In this document: positions 1 to 13,391 of the stretch, piece after piece
Position numbering within the stretch: the stretch's first letter is position 1
Layout of the letters: each line of letters begins with the position of its first letter
NCBI GenBank assembly: GCA_963693365.1
Contig: CAVNZM010000007.1
Coordinates: 2,031,979 to 2,095,978 of the forward strand
From: Amoebidium appalachense
Lineage: Eukaryota; Protista; Ichthyosporea
Length of the DNA: 64,000 bases
Direction of reading: 5' to 3'
The notes under the pieces: generated by a model
Seen by the model: the letters and a program-made list of their open reading frames with translations, nothing else
What the model was told of the DNA's origin: nothing
Databases searched by the model: none
Program-made: the position numbers and the translations under genes

Positions 1-351
1 ATCAACAACACACACACACTGTTGATCTCCAGCCCTCCTTCCATGTTACCTCACACCACAAACATACCATACACTCACCTTCACACATGCACACACAGGC
101 ACAGCCTCACAAACACACTCATATACGCGCACTCATACACTCGCGCGCGCGGACACACACACACACACTCACACTCACACGACTCACATTCACACTCACT
201 CATCCACTCATCCGCCAATTCGACCACAGCCAAAGACACAGCACATACCCACACTCACACAACTTTTACACATACTAATACGCCCGATATGCACCAATCA
301 CCACCGCAGTTTAAATCTGCCCTCACACTCTCACTTATATCTCTGGTGCAG

Positions 352-2077
352 GGAGTGAGTTTTTCCGACCTGACCCCTCTCGAGAGGCTGACTGCTTTAC
401 GGCAGCTGTGTGATGCACGACTGCATTTTGCTGATGATATTGGCGAAACCCTGAAAGGTAACCCCCTCCCCCCCCCCCCTCCCCCCCCCCCCCCCCCGCA
501 CACATACATAAGAAGAAATCCCTCTTGAGGTAGGTCTATACGAAGGAAGCCCCTAGGTATAGGGAGATCGCACCATAACCGGCTAAAAAATACAATATTT
601 GATAATAATTTACCAAAATAAAAACATAAACCCAATAACCATAACCCTATGTGTGTCTGGGCCCTAAATGGGGGGGCTGCCGCCCCCCAACCCCCGGATA
701 GAGGGGGCCTGACGGCCCCTTTATGTCGCTTGGGGATCAAATCGTTCTCCCCTAATTTTACGTCATTGGATCGTGTTTTGTCCAATCAGGTGCGAGGGGA
801 CTTCCGGCGTATGGACTTTTGTGATCCCTCTTCTCCTCGTCCCCCCCCCCCCCCCCCCCCCCTCCCCCAACCCCCTCTACCCCGGTCGCCTTTCTCACGC
901 CCACACACACCTTGTCTTTCTTTACCATGGACACACATTCCAACCCTCCCTCCCCTCCTCCTCTGCCCCGTTCCCACACCGATTAATAATATATTGAACG
1001 GTTTCGGAATTATGGAGAAGGAGGAACGGAAGAGGAAAGAAAAAAGTGAGGAAAGAAAAGGAAGGGGGGGGGGGGGGGGGGGAGGGGGAGGAGAGGTGCA
1101 TGAAAAACAGGAGAGCCTTTGTCCCGGGGCCAATTGGATACTTGTTATCACGGGTGTGTGTCTGTGTGTAGGATGGGGAGAAGGGTAAAGAGGCAGCGGG
1201 GAAGGAGGGGGGGGGGGGGGGGGGGAGAATAGAGAGTAGGGAAACGCCACAACAGGAAATTGATAGCTTTCGGGCTATTTTGGGCATTTTACACAGGCCT
1301 TTACCGGGACGTATGTGTATGGAAAAATCTATCGATGCGTTCTTGGCAGCCATGGGTGGGGAGGGGGTGGAGTGAGAACAGGATGTGTGGTGGGGGAAGG
1401 GGAGGGGGGAATGAATGAGTGTGTGTGTCTGTATGTGTGTATTTGGGGGGGGGGGGGGGGGGGGGGGGGGGTGGGGTGGGGGGGCACCATGTTTACGTTT
1501 CGGGTTACAGGTGTGCCTGGTGAGGACCAGAGGATTGAACATTTTGGGGAGGACAGTAAAGGGAACAAGTATTGGTACTTTGGAGACACACGCTTGTACA
1601 AGGAAGAGGCAGGGGAGGAGGAAGAGGAAGAGGAGGAGAAATTGCCTAAAAAGGGCGGTAAGAATGCAAAGAATTCGAAGAATGCAAAGAATTCAAAGAA
1701 TGCAAAGAACCAAAAGGCGGCGCCTGTGAAAGGGAAAGGAAAGGGGAAGGGGAAGGCCGCGCCACCGCCACCACCGGCGAAAAAGGGGAAGGTGAGTGGG
1801 GTAGGTGTGGACGTGTTGAAAGAGAGTAGTTTCATTAGTTGTTATGTGGGTGTAAAGCGTCAAGTGAATGGGATATCGAGAGAGGGAGACCAAACGAAGA
1901 TGGGGGTGAAGAGGGCGGGGGGGGGGGGGGGGGGGGGACAGATACACTTTACGAAAAGAGCAAGGGGAGGTGAAGTCTGTCGTGTGGAGTTTGTACATGA
2001 TTTATGATGGGAGGTTGTGGCATTGGGTGGGTCTGGGAAGGTGGAAAGGAAGAGATGTGTTTAGATGGTTGAGTGCG

Positions 2078-2152
<75 letters not shown>

Positions 2153-2538
2153 TGGGGGTGGGGGTGGGGGTGGGGGTGTATGTGATCTATATTTCAATGT
2201 GTGTGTGTGTGTGTTGGGGGGGGGGGGGGGGGCGAGGGGGTATATCATCCAAGTATCAACTTCAATTGGATGCGCAGATTATCATCACATGCCTTGCACG
2301 TGTTTGTTATTTCGGTTAATGTTCTTTTTTGTTCCCATTGCCATCGTCAATGTTTTCTGGCCCCTCAGCCTGATGTTGCATGTTGCAGGGCCGGGGGAAG
2401 AAAGAGGAGGAATCACCACCACCAGAGCCTAAGTGGCAGCTTGTGTGCTGGGATGCCGCAACGTGGGAACAGTGGATGGCTGGGTTGAAGAAGAGCAGGA
2501 GTAAGGCCGACAAGGTGTGTGCGTGGTGTGTGTGTGTG

Positions 2539-2575
<37 letters not shown>

Positions 2576-3509
2576 AGGTGGGTGGGTGGGTTGATGGGTG
2601 GGTGGGAGTGGGGGCGGGCATAGGGGAAAAGTTGGGTGGGTGGGTGGGGGGGGGGGGGGTTTAGAAGGGGTGTATGTGTGTGTGTGTGTGTGTGTTGGGG
2701 AGGTTGGAAGGATGGGTGGGTGGGGAAGGGGAGAGGATGTGTGGGTGTGGGGATGGGGGGGGGAGAGATGGAGGGTGGGTGGTGTGTGGGTATGTGGGTG
2801 GGTGGGCACGTGCTTTTACGAGTGCCTGTGGGTATGGGTGTGGGGCCACTGGGTGTGGGTGTGTGAGTTTGTTTGTTTTTGCCTTTTTTTTTCAGCCGCG
2901 AGGAGGGGGAGGGGAGAGGGGGGGGGGCTTGTGTGTGCTTGCCAGGGTTTCATACATATAAATGGGAGGGATGGGTGTGGGAGGGGGGACGGGGTGTGAG
3001 GGGAGAGGTGTTTTTTTTGTGTGTGTGTCCGGGGAGGGAGCGTTGGGGGGCGAGGGGGGGGGGGGGGGCGGGGGTTGTGCCTAGCATCGTCTATTATTGA
3101 GGCTTATCGTGTGTTGTGTGTAGATGGGTGTGTGTGCGCGGGTACATGTGTGAAGCAGTAAATTACATGCTGAGTCATTTACTGGTCAACTAAGTTTAGG
3201 TTTGAGTTTTTTATGGGCGATCCTTTCAAACCTCTTCTCTTTTGTTGAGATTTCCACTGTACTGAAAAGACCCGCTTTCACAGGAGCTTCATGCCATGTT
3301 TGTTGACATCGTGCAAGAGATCCTGGCGACTATTGCAGCACAGGAAAAGGCTGAGAAGAAGAGGTGGGTGGGTGGGTGGGTGGGTGTGGGTGGGGGGGAT
3401 GTGTGGGTGTAGGAGGGTGTGGGTGTGGGTGTGTTTGGGTGGATAGGTCTGGACGTGGGGATGGGGGTGGGTGGGTTGGTGTGTGGGTGGGTGAGTAGAT
3501 CTGTGTGCA

Positions 3510-3578
<69 letters not shown>

Positions 3579-4264
3579 TGCAGGTGTGTGTGTGTGTGTT
3601 TTCTTATGCCTTTGGGAGTGTGTGTTTGTGGCGGTGATTGCGGTGGGGAGGACAGAAAGCAAGGCAAAGGATATGCCTGCTACCTATAAAGTACTCACAT
3701 TTTTTTTTGCACCGTTTTCTCGTTTGCACCAATGACGTCACCGTTTTATTATTATTGGTATACTTCCAACTGAGCGCTACCTCCTCCTCCCGCCCCACCT
3801 CCATCCTAATGCTGCGCCTGTTCTTTTTTGCATATCCGTTTTGGGTTGTCCACTATGTTTTTACACTTCATACAATGTACCCCCCCCCCCCTCCCCCCCC
3901 CCCCTCCCTCCGCCGGCGCCCCCTGAGGTTGGGCTCTTCATATTATACGTACTCTTTGTGTGGTTTGCACTCTGCATTATGTTGTGCGTTATGAACGTGT
4001 ACTTCGTACTGTATAACACCTCCTCCTCTCCCCCCCTCCACCTCGCTCCTGGCTCAAATGTTCTCCTGACGAAAAACGGAAGCAATACAACCTAGCACAC
4101 CCACACGTCTAACACGCACCACCAACACCCAGGCTGCTTCTTGAATCGATGCCTCGACGCCAATCTGGGCGTGTACTTGCTAAGAAACTCCACGAGGAAC
4201 AATTGGTATGTGGCAAAATTTCAATCATCGTTGGCCACATTCCTGACACTCCCCCCATCCCCCC

Positions 4265-4313
<49 letters not shown>

Positions 4314-5240
4314 CGCCCAACACACACACGCACACACACACTTTTGCTTTTTTTTTTTTTTTTGGGGGGGGGGGGGGGGGGTGAGGGGGAGATACGTTTC
4401 ATTGAGAAGAAGTGCAGCTGTCCCGCATCCTGCTTCTCACTCCCTTTTCCTTTCTTCTGCACGCGGACACAGAGACGTACGGTTCTAGTGTGTGTACCGC
4501 GTGCAAGCATCCACATACATGCACACACACACACAGACACATCTCATCCATATTTGCCCACAGAGACGGGAGGAAGAGGAGAGACAGGCAGTCGAGGATG
4601 CTATTCGCAGACAGAAAGCTCTTTTGGCCGGCATGAGAAGCTCCCGTGTTCAGAGGGTAGGTGTATGCACTGCAGCATGCACATGTCCAGGTACACATGC
4701 ATGCACACTTGCTTGCACATTCATGTCCAGGTACACATGCATGCACACTTGCTTGCACATTCATGTACAGGTTGCACACTTACTTACACTTGCGCGTACG
4801 AGTACAGTACATATGCAAGTGCACACGTTCACACATCCCCACGTGCTTTTCGGTCACAGTGACTCGCCACTGACATAAACACGTTCAAGTGCGCATTCTT
4901 TAGAAATTATTTAAATGCGTAACACGCACGCATGCGTACCTGCACACACACACACACACAAACACACTGTGGTGTAATTACATGTCTCTTGACCTGCATG
5001 CTCCCACTAATCCCCCCCCCCCCCCCCCCCCCCCTCTCCTCCTACGCAACGAAATTGCACGCGTTTTAGGCCATGCAATTCTCGTTCAGGACTTTTTATT
5101 AACCACCATTAATGACATCTAATTAATGACGAGAGCAAACGGAACAAGAAGAGTATGCAATCTCTAAATCAAAGGGATGATAAAATAGCGACTAGGAAAA
5201 ATCACAATGAGGAACGCGGGTAGCAAAGAAGCTTCCCTTC

Positions 5241-5292
<52 letters not shown>

Positions 5293-6006
5293 ATACACGC
5301 ACACAAACATACAAACACGTCTTTTTTTCTTTTGTTAAAGTGGGGCCGGGGGGCGAAGGGGAGAGGCGGGTGGTTGCTAACAGACTCTTATGATGTGTGC
5401 AGGGAGACACGGAGAGTGTTGTGCTCAATCGGCCCAATGCAAACGACACAAGCAGGGGGAGGTCCTCACGTTATTGGGCTAGACAGGGGGAGAGCGGCGC
5501 AGACGAATCGGCATCCGGATTGGATACCGTGGTACGTGATTTAGCCTTGTTTGGCTATTTGGCTGCGCAAAACGGATCTGGGATGTGGTGATGCATGCAG
5601 TGGTGGACGATGGGATGGACAGGGCTGGATGGGGGTTAGGGTGGGTTTGCTTGTGCGTGGTTTTTTATAATAATAAAAAATTAAAAAAAGGGCTGGGTGG
5701 GTGGTGGTAAGGTGCTTAGGTGGTGGTAGTTCGGGGGAAGGGGGGATAGGAGGGAGGGGGGTTACACATAGTGAAAGTGCTGTTACGGTACATGTCAAGA
5801 GAATGTTGCCTATGAGTCCCCTGCTCCCCCACACCTCCCTGTTATCCCCCCCCCTCCCCCCCCCCCCCAAGTTGGGTTAAGTCACGATGACCGGGACACA
5901 CACACACACACCACACTATTTCCCCTGGATGCCAAACGTTTTTTTTTGTTTTTTTTTTGAACGAGAGAGACATGAAAATGGTTACCAACCTGTGCTTCCC
6001 CCCCCC

Positions 6007-6037
<31 letters not shown>

Positions 6038-7236
6038 ACACACACACACATGCACACACACGTACAGCCCCACAGCGGCTATGCAAGTGGCGAAGACAAC
6101 CAATCCGACATCAGCCGTCCCCACGAATCGTCGCAACATCCCAACGGGTTTCAACGCTACCACAAACACCAAACTCGCAGCGACGGAAATGGGTCGGTTA
6201 GCCAGGGCGGGGGATATTCGTCGGGAAGCAGTAGCAGTGGCTCGAGTTCGTCAAGTTCGGGTTCCGACGATTCGTCGTCGGAGAGCGAAAGCGACGAAAA
6301 TGAGTTTTACAAGCTGGGCGCAAAGAAGAGGCAGACAGAATACGGTACGTTTTTTTTTTTTTTTTTTTTTTTTCTTCTTTTTTTTTCCCCTCTCCCCCCC
6401 CCCCCCCCCCCCCCCCCTTCCCCCTCTTTGGATCAACACGGTCATTTTGTCTCAATATTTTCCTACGCTGTTTGCGTGTATTGTCAGGTTTTTTTGGGGG
6501 GGGGGGGGGGGGGGGGGAGGGGGTGGTTAAACCCAAAATTGGTGTGTGTGGTTGTGTAATTGTTGAGTCGACAGAAGGATTTGATGTGGACGAAAGCTGC
6601 CTGAGAAACAGGTGGGGGCATTTCGTGCCGTTTTTATTGATGTGTGTGTGCCCGTGTATGTGCCTCTCGTTTGTGTGTGTGCTGTGTGTTGCATGAAGGG
6701 GGGGGAGGGGGGGGGGGGCTTTCAAGAGAGAGAGGGAACCGAGCAGATACACCTAAATTGTCTTTTTTAACTTACGAAATTGGTCAACAGAGGCTGATGG
6801 CGACAGAAAGCACAAACGGGCACGGCACGAGAGCCAATCACACGCCAACGATGAAGAGAGGGGGGCAGAGCGCAATGCTGGGCACGGGGACAGCCAGCAA
6901 ACCACCATCCGCCTTCGACTCATTCCACCCAAGCAGGAGGAAACACACGCGCACGAAACCACATCACATGTGGAAATACAAGAGAAAAATATGGGGATTT
7001 CGAATTCCGTGAAACAGAATTTTGAAGGTGTGGGTGAGAGAAGGGAGGAAAGATGGGAGGAATCGGTGAAGGAGGAAGAGAAAGATTTGGGTACAGGGGC
7101 ACATATGCATGGGGGGAAAGTTGTCGAAACGAGTGTGCATGATATGCAGCCAATGGAAATGGACCGTGTGGAGGCAGATGATAAGGAACCAATGGTAAAG
7201 GAGAATGCGGAAGAACAGGCGGCTGCTATGTACTGA
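352..7236 (+). CDS. WHIM1/WSD (WHIM2-3) domain chromatin-remodelling subunit, RSF1/CECR2-like; spliced, 5' end lies upstream of the window
   Basis: GT-AG exons in compatible phase: 352-457 (FSDLTPLERLTALRQLCD, WHIM1-like), 1511-1791 (RIEHFGEDSKGNKYWYFGDTRLYKE, the GxD..YW motif of WSD), 2389-2514 (WQLVCWD..WEQW), 3284-3363, 4133-4205, 4564-4656, ~5403-5531, ~6068-6344, ~6792-7236 (stop). Family assignment is from motif recognition. Confidence 0.75.
4682..4770. repeat. Intronic 40-bp tandem repeat (about 2.2 copies)
   Basis: catgtccaggtacacatgcatgcacacttgcttgcacatt repeated directly. Confidence 0.8.
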
Positions 7237-7313
7237 CATTGCACCCAATGTACAGTAGATCCTTACTTATCTTTCAGCCAATGAAAAGAGCTGTGCACAC
7301 ACCGATTCAGTGC

Positions 7314-7359
<46 letters not shown>

Positions 7360-7633
7360 GCATTTGCGTGTACCTAACACACCTGCATGCCGAGATCTAC
7401 ACACACACATGCAAGCACAAACGCTTTGATGATCATTTAGAATGTTTTTTTTTTCTTTTTCCCCTTGTGTTAGACTGGTGCTGTAGTGTTAATGGCCTCT
7501 TAGGCTTTACTCTGTGTATGTGTTCTGATTGGGTGCAAATCATAACACAACGATCGAATTGCATGTGGATTTAGCACTTGTTGGATGTTCAGACAAATAC
7601 CACACCTTCAAATGTATCTGGGTGATAATACTG

Positions 7634-7830
7634 TCAGATATGATACGTGTTGGATATGTGTGGTATCAATCCATCTGTTTACTTGGAATGACAACACCAT
7701 TAGATAAGACACATGTTGGATATGCGTGGTGACATACAGTGCCACCACCTACCGAAATAATTGCCATCACCTATCGATCTATTTGAAGGATGTTTCATTA
7801 TTAGATATGACAGGAGTTGGATATGTGTAC
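7634..7830. repeat. Degenerate ~30-bp interspaced repeat (3 copies)
   Basis: (t/c)agatatgacacgtgttggatatgtgtggt-like units at ~7634, ~7700 and ~7801, separated by non-repetitive sequence. Confidence 0.55.
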
Positions 7831-8410
7831 GTAGTGAACGTGCGTCGGTGTGGGTTGTGTGCGCTCGTGTTTACGAATGACTATTTGTCGGCCATCCACG
7901 CTGTTTTCTTTGGACATGTACAAAATAAATGTCACGGTACCAGAAATAAAACACAATCGTTACCAAACACACATTCCGTCAGACGAGGAAATAACCTGTA
8001 TGTAATACAAGAACCCCCCCCCCCCCCCCCCCCCGGGGGGCCCCGTCGGTAGCTTGCGTGAATTTGTGTTGCGGGGGGCGCCGAGCTCTCCCTGCCACAC
8101 AACTGCACGCCGCGCTACTGCTGTATTCAAATCTCCTCGACACGGCCGGCGCCATGGGCACATGCCTCTTGCGGCAAATAATACCGAGGGTTTTGTCCGG
8201 TTTTCAGACGTACCGGCCATGGCCAGGCAAAGAATTCGGAAGTCAACTGCCAACTAAGCCTACCCCTCCCCCCCTCTTCCCCCCCCTCCCCCCCCCCCCC
8301 CCCCCCCCCCCCCTCCCCCCACCCCGCCGGATCCCGCACGTGATCTGCGACGACTTCAACAGGCAAAATGTTTATAATTGCACATAAGCATGCAAACAAC
8401 TTGTGGCCAG

Positions 8411-8593
8411 CTTCAATATCTGCTAACCCGAGGCCATCTAACAACACAATATCATCGATATCTAGTAGAGCTTTGGCTGTAACTTGACATTGTCTCATTG
8501 ATTATTCTTCAATATCTGCTAACCCGAGGCATCTAACAACACAATATATCATCGATATCAGTAGAGCTTTGGCCGTAACTTGACATTGTCTCA
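8411..8593. repeat. ~95-bp tandem duplication, intergenic
   Basis: cttcaatatctgctaacccgagg...cttgacattgtctca occurs at ~8411 and ~8507 with small indels. Confidence 0.85.
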
Positions 8594-9020
8594 CAGAATG
8601 ATCAAGTGCGAGAGCGCCCACGTACTATGGCTAAATACCGAGTTATGGGGAGACACTTCGAACCTCCTCTTCTTTGGGATTTTAATTTATTTTTTTTCTA
8701 AAAAAAAAAAAATCAGATGCATAGGAGTAGGGAGGACAAAATTTACATTTTTACTTTAAGACATGCATATGCTCTCCCTGGCAGAGTTAGCGCGCCTGGC
8801 AAAGAGGCACACAATCTAATGCAAACAAACTAGCACTCTGCTAGGGTGATGACATTGAAATTTAAAACGTTTTAACGGACAATCCAATTATATCCTGGCA
8901 GAAAGTTCCCATTGTTCCTATGAATCTGCGGGTGTGTGCACATCTGTTACCTGTGTGTGTGTATGTGTTTGTGAGTGTGAGACCATGTGCGTGCGTCTGT
9001 GAACGTACACCCCTAGCTCA

Positions 9021-9061
<41 letters not shown>

Positions 9062-9406
9062 CGCTAACACATAGCTCAACCCTTTCTGTCATACAATCCA
9101 ACTACAAACAAGTTCGTGCCTACATCTTATTACATGCATAGCTAGAGATGTTCGAGTACTTAAAACATATCTCGAAACATGGCAGCCCTTAACAGACAGT
9201 GGGGATGGTATCTGGTCAAATATTATAAATTTACCCTTGAGATAACATATCACGATTACCAACCAACCAAACTTTTCCTAAGGGTGGTGCGAAACAAAAC
9301 GTTATAAACGTTTTTGATTGCAGGCACACTTTTTGAACACCTTGTAGATGGGAAAAGAACATCATCACAAAAACGGCAAAAACGTAAATCCCAATTTACA
9401 GATAAG

Positions 9407-11149
9407 TCACTGGCTGCCGTAGAGCCTGTCCACCTCAGCCTGCATCAACTTCTGCGACCTCTCCAACAATTCGTCCACGCTCAAATTATGGTTTTGGGGC
9501 GCCACCAACACCATACTCTGGCGAATTTGCGTAGGATATCCCCCCAAAGACTCATTTGCAGGCCAGCCAGTTTCGTTTCCGCTGGCTACGAAACACACCA
9601 CCTGCATGTTGTGTTTTGCCGGGAGATTAAACGCCCCGCGACGGAAAGTTTGGAGAATTTTAGGATTACGGTTCACCTGTCCCTCGGGGAAGAAAGCCAG
9701 ACTGCCGTTTTGGCTCACCCACTTATCCACCCGGGACATGACTTCCAGCTGTGCATCCTTGTCAACCGTAAAGCTCCCAAGTTTCTCCGAGTTGAAATAT
9801 ACCGGGAAATGGCCCACCAGGCAAGCAATCGTACCGAAAAACGGAATGTTGAAAAGCGAATGCTTCATCAGTGTGCGCTGAACAGTCAAATACTTTGGCG
9901 GGCAAGAAGCAACATATGAAATGGCATCCAGAAACGAAGTGTGATTCAACATGATAAACGTCGGTGTGTCATCCAGAACTGACCAATCTACCGCATGTGG
10001 CCCGGTTTCCGAATCCAGAGCCATCCATGGGCAGGGGAAGAAAACGAGATAGCGGAAACAGTAGTGTGTGACGTAGCAGCAGCGCCCTCGCTTGGTTTCA
10101 ATGTCACCAGGGATAAGAACACACAACTGTGAAAGACAGTGTGAGTAATCATCGTAGTTGGAAGGAGGAGGGGGAGAGCGCTTTGAGGGGTGGGGAAGGA
10201 AGAGGGGGAGAGGGCAATGAAGGGGGGGGGGGGGGAGGGGGGAAGGGGGGGGGGGCCGGGGGGAAGGGATTTGAGGGTGTTTGCATAGCCTGGTGGGAAA
10301 ACCGAAAGTAATGTAAAGCGCAAACAGCGAAGAAAAGAGAAAAAACGAAAACGAAGAAACCATTAACCTACTGTTGACGGGTGGAAAGCAAATAACACCG
10401 AGGACTCTGTGAGCGCAAGAAAACCATGAGCAAAGTCAAGAATAGTCTTCCTGTAAAGGGGGAAGGGGGGAGGGGGGAGGGGAGGGGGGTCGAGTGGGTA
10501 GAGAGTTTATTCTAACAAGTGTGGTTCCAGAGAAACTCAAGTGTCGCACGTGCACGCAGGAACACTTTCACACACACATTCACACATGAATCTACATTTA
10601 ATAACGCTACATAACGATCAAGTACAACGACCCCCCCCCCCCCCCCCCCCCCGGCTCCTTCCCCCCCCCCCACACCCCCGCCTGCCTTCTAACTGAAAGA
10701 CCAATTAGCACGTCCAATAGCAGACTCAGAGAAGGATAGTCTCGTCGAACGAACACAAGGGAGAGGGAGAATATAAGAAAGGGAGGACTGGAGGGAACGG
10801 GAAGGGACAAACATGTAAACTCTGGGGGATGGGGGTTATAGGGGTGAAGTGGGGACATGCACGAGTGGGCGAATGTGTGCGGATAAGCATTTTTGTGCGT
10901 ATAAGTGTGTGCCTGCCTGCGTGTGTGCGTGTGATGAATGGGGGGGGGGGGGGTTACCTGGCAACCACACCAGCAGATGATTAAAGCGAAAGCCAGACAA
11001 ACACCAAACCAGGCCTTACAAAGAAACCGACCCACAGGCACCAGAGCCTCGGGCAGGAGAGAGATGATGGAGTGAAGACCAACGAAGAATTCGTGACGCG
11101 CACCAGTGCGTGAGAGGCTGTTGCCTCCACAAAAGGTCGGCGTGCTCAT
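9407..11149 (-). CDS. 1-acylglycerol-3-phosphate / lysophospholipid acyltransferase (PlsC/LPLAT family), 2 exons
   Basis: Exon 1 11149-10958 (ATG..CAG|gtaacc, hydrophobic segment) joins in phase 0 to exon 2 10126-9407 (cacag|TTG). Catalytic motifs NHTSFLD (HX4D), FFPEG and FRRGAF are present. Confidence 0.9.
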
Positions 11150-11796
11150 GTTTGCAATCAAACCTTGTGTCAAAAAAACAATGAACGTGAAAAGATCTTT
11201 AGGTTTCTCTGTTTTGTTCAAGGTATTTTCACTAAAATAATGTTCGTTTATATCACCATCGAGAAAGTTTGCGACTACATTTTATATGGTTTTCACGATT
11301 TACCCCCTTCTACCCTTTCTCATACCGCACTTTTGATTGGGTGGATTTCGCGGGCTGTCCCGGGCTGCTGTGCTTCCCCTTAATTCTGGCTCACGTTTTG
11401 TCAGATCTCTGAAAAACACATGCGTGCCCACATACACGTGTGTTGGCCTGTTGTGAGGGAAACATGCGAGATTTGTTTTCGAGTGCTTAACTTATGTTTA
11501 ATATTTATCGTTGACATTTGTCTATGAAAATGTGAAATAAATGGAAGAGGTGGCTGCAGCAGTTGGCGGAGGGACTATGTCCAGAATTCTTCTTCTTTTC
11601 AAGAGCACATCCAAGGATGGTGGTGTGCCATCAATTCACGTGATGGTCAAGGAGGGTGTACCAGTGGTATCTTCACGACGGGCTATGGGGCTTTATTTCC
11701 CTTAGGGTCTTCCTTTTTTTTGTTTGGGGGGGGGGGGAAGGGGGGGAGGGGGGAAGGGTAGGGAGAGTCGGCTGAGGGGTGGGGCAGCCAGTCGCG

Positions 11797-11873
<77 letters not shown>

Positions 11874-12224
11874 GGGGGGGGGAGGGGGAGGGGATGGAAG
11901 CTTTCGCTTTTCAAAGGGAGGGGAAAGGGGAGGGGAAGGGGGGGGGGGGGGGGGGGGGGGAGGAAGCTCAGGATATTGTGTAATGTATACCCAGGTTGTT
12001 CGTAGATTCTTTGAAGCTTGCTTACTTAGGATGGTTATTTGCACGCCACCCTATGTTTCAATCTATTCTTCACATACACGCATGCCAATCCGCTTTTCGT
12101 AAAAACAATTCATGTTATGTTCAAATATTGGCACTGCACGATTCCATGCAAGTTGGTGCACGATATGTTCATTTTATTGATTTTTTATTTTTTATTTTTT
12201 TATTTTATCCCGTTTTGTCCCCGG

Positions 12225-13391
12225 TGTTGGAGTGCAGACTTACGCTCACTCCACAATATGTGTATGTTAGCTTTACAATTGGTTCCGTGTACACAGACAC
12301 ACGCTGACACTCGATCACCACATGCACATCTGCATAGTTGAGGAATGTTGCCAATTGTGTTTTGACTGCAAACGATTGGTTCACTGGTCCCAGAGATCTC
12401 TAAATGAAAGTAACCAATCCGATTAGCACCTGGCATCCGGATTACATTCCAGACTGCTGCCCCACGGGTATATAAGCCACGTCTCTGCCAGGTGCAGACA
12501 TGGAGTTCAGACATGGAGTTCAGTCATGGAGTTAAGTCATGGAGTTAAGTCATGGAGTTCAGTCATGGAGTTAACACACTGAAAGCAGTAAAAAAACGGG
12601 TCAGCGCCCAAGCGCGCCACGACGACCCTAGTCACAGCGGACTCTACTTCCAACAGGGTTATGGGCCCAGACACGACACCGCGGCCTCTAACTTCACGTC
12701 CCCTACGACGCCTTGAACGGAGGAGCCCAGAAACCGACTTCTAGGCTGTACCCTACACCCGCGAGCGTATTTCCGTGAAGTAGAGACTTTCGCTTCCACA
12801 AACTCCATCCGCAGCAGCCTGCGACATCAACGTCAAGTATTCCACTTCATTGGCGGGGCACGCACCACAGTGGAATGCACACCCCGGTCTACCCTGCAAG
12901 CAGCCACACTCACTCTCTCTTCTCTACAGTGGTGTGTACACTTCTCCAATTGGGTAGGGGTGTTGGAGTGCAGACTTACGCTCACTCCACAATATGTGTA
13001 TGTTAGCTTTACAATTGGTTCCGTGTACACAGACACACGCTGACACTCGATCACCACATGCACATCTGCATAGTTGAGGAATGTTGCCAATTGTGTTTTG
13101 ACTGCAAACGATTGGTTCACTGGTCCCAGAGATCTCTAAATGAAAGTAACCAATCCGATTAGCACCTGGCATCCGGATTACATTCCAGACTGCTGCCCCA
13201 CGGGTATATAAGCCACGTCTCTGCCAGGTGCAGACATGGAGTTCAGACATGGAGTTCAGTCATGGAGTTAAGTCATGGAGTTAAGTCATGGAGTTCAGTC
13301 ATGGAGTTAACACACTGAAAGCAGTAAAAAAACGGGTCAGCGCCCAAGCGCGCCACGACGACCCTAGTCACAGCGGACTCTACTTCCAACA
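12225..13391 (+). mobile_element. Non-autonomous Copia-type LTR retrotransposon (TRIM)
   Basis: Two 431-bp LTRs (12225-12655, 12961-13391) with TGTTGGA...TCCAACA termini; 5-bp TSD CCCGG (12220-12224, 13392-13396); PBS GGTTATGGGCCCAG directly after the 5' LTR; purine-rich tgggtagggg before the 3' LTR; 305-bp non-coding interior. Confidence 0.95.
12498..12575 (+). repeat. 13-bp tandem repeat x6 inside the LTR (also at 13234-13311)
   Basis: (a/t)catggagtt(c/a)ag units starting about 30 bp downstream of a TATATAAG box at 12469. Confidence 0.9.

Noticed and set aside
1660-1710. 18-bp tandem repeat as a non-coding element
   Set aside because: It is coding low-complexity sequence (KNAKNS repeats) inside an exon of the WHIM gene.
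10369-10451. Extra acyltransferase exon
   Set aside because: It introduces a stop in the incoming phase; exon 1 joins 10126 in frame without it.
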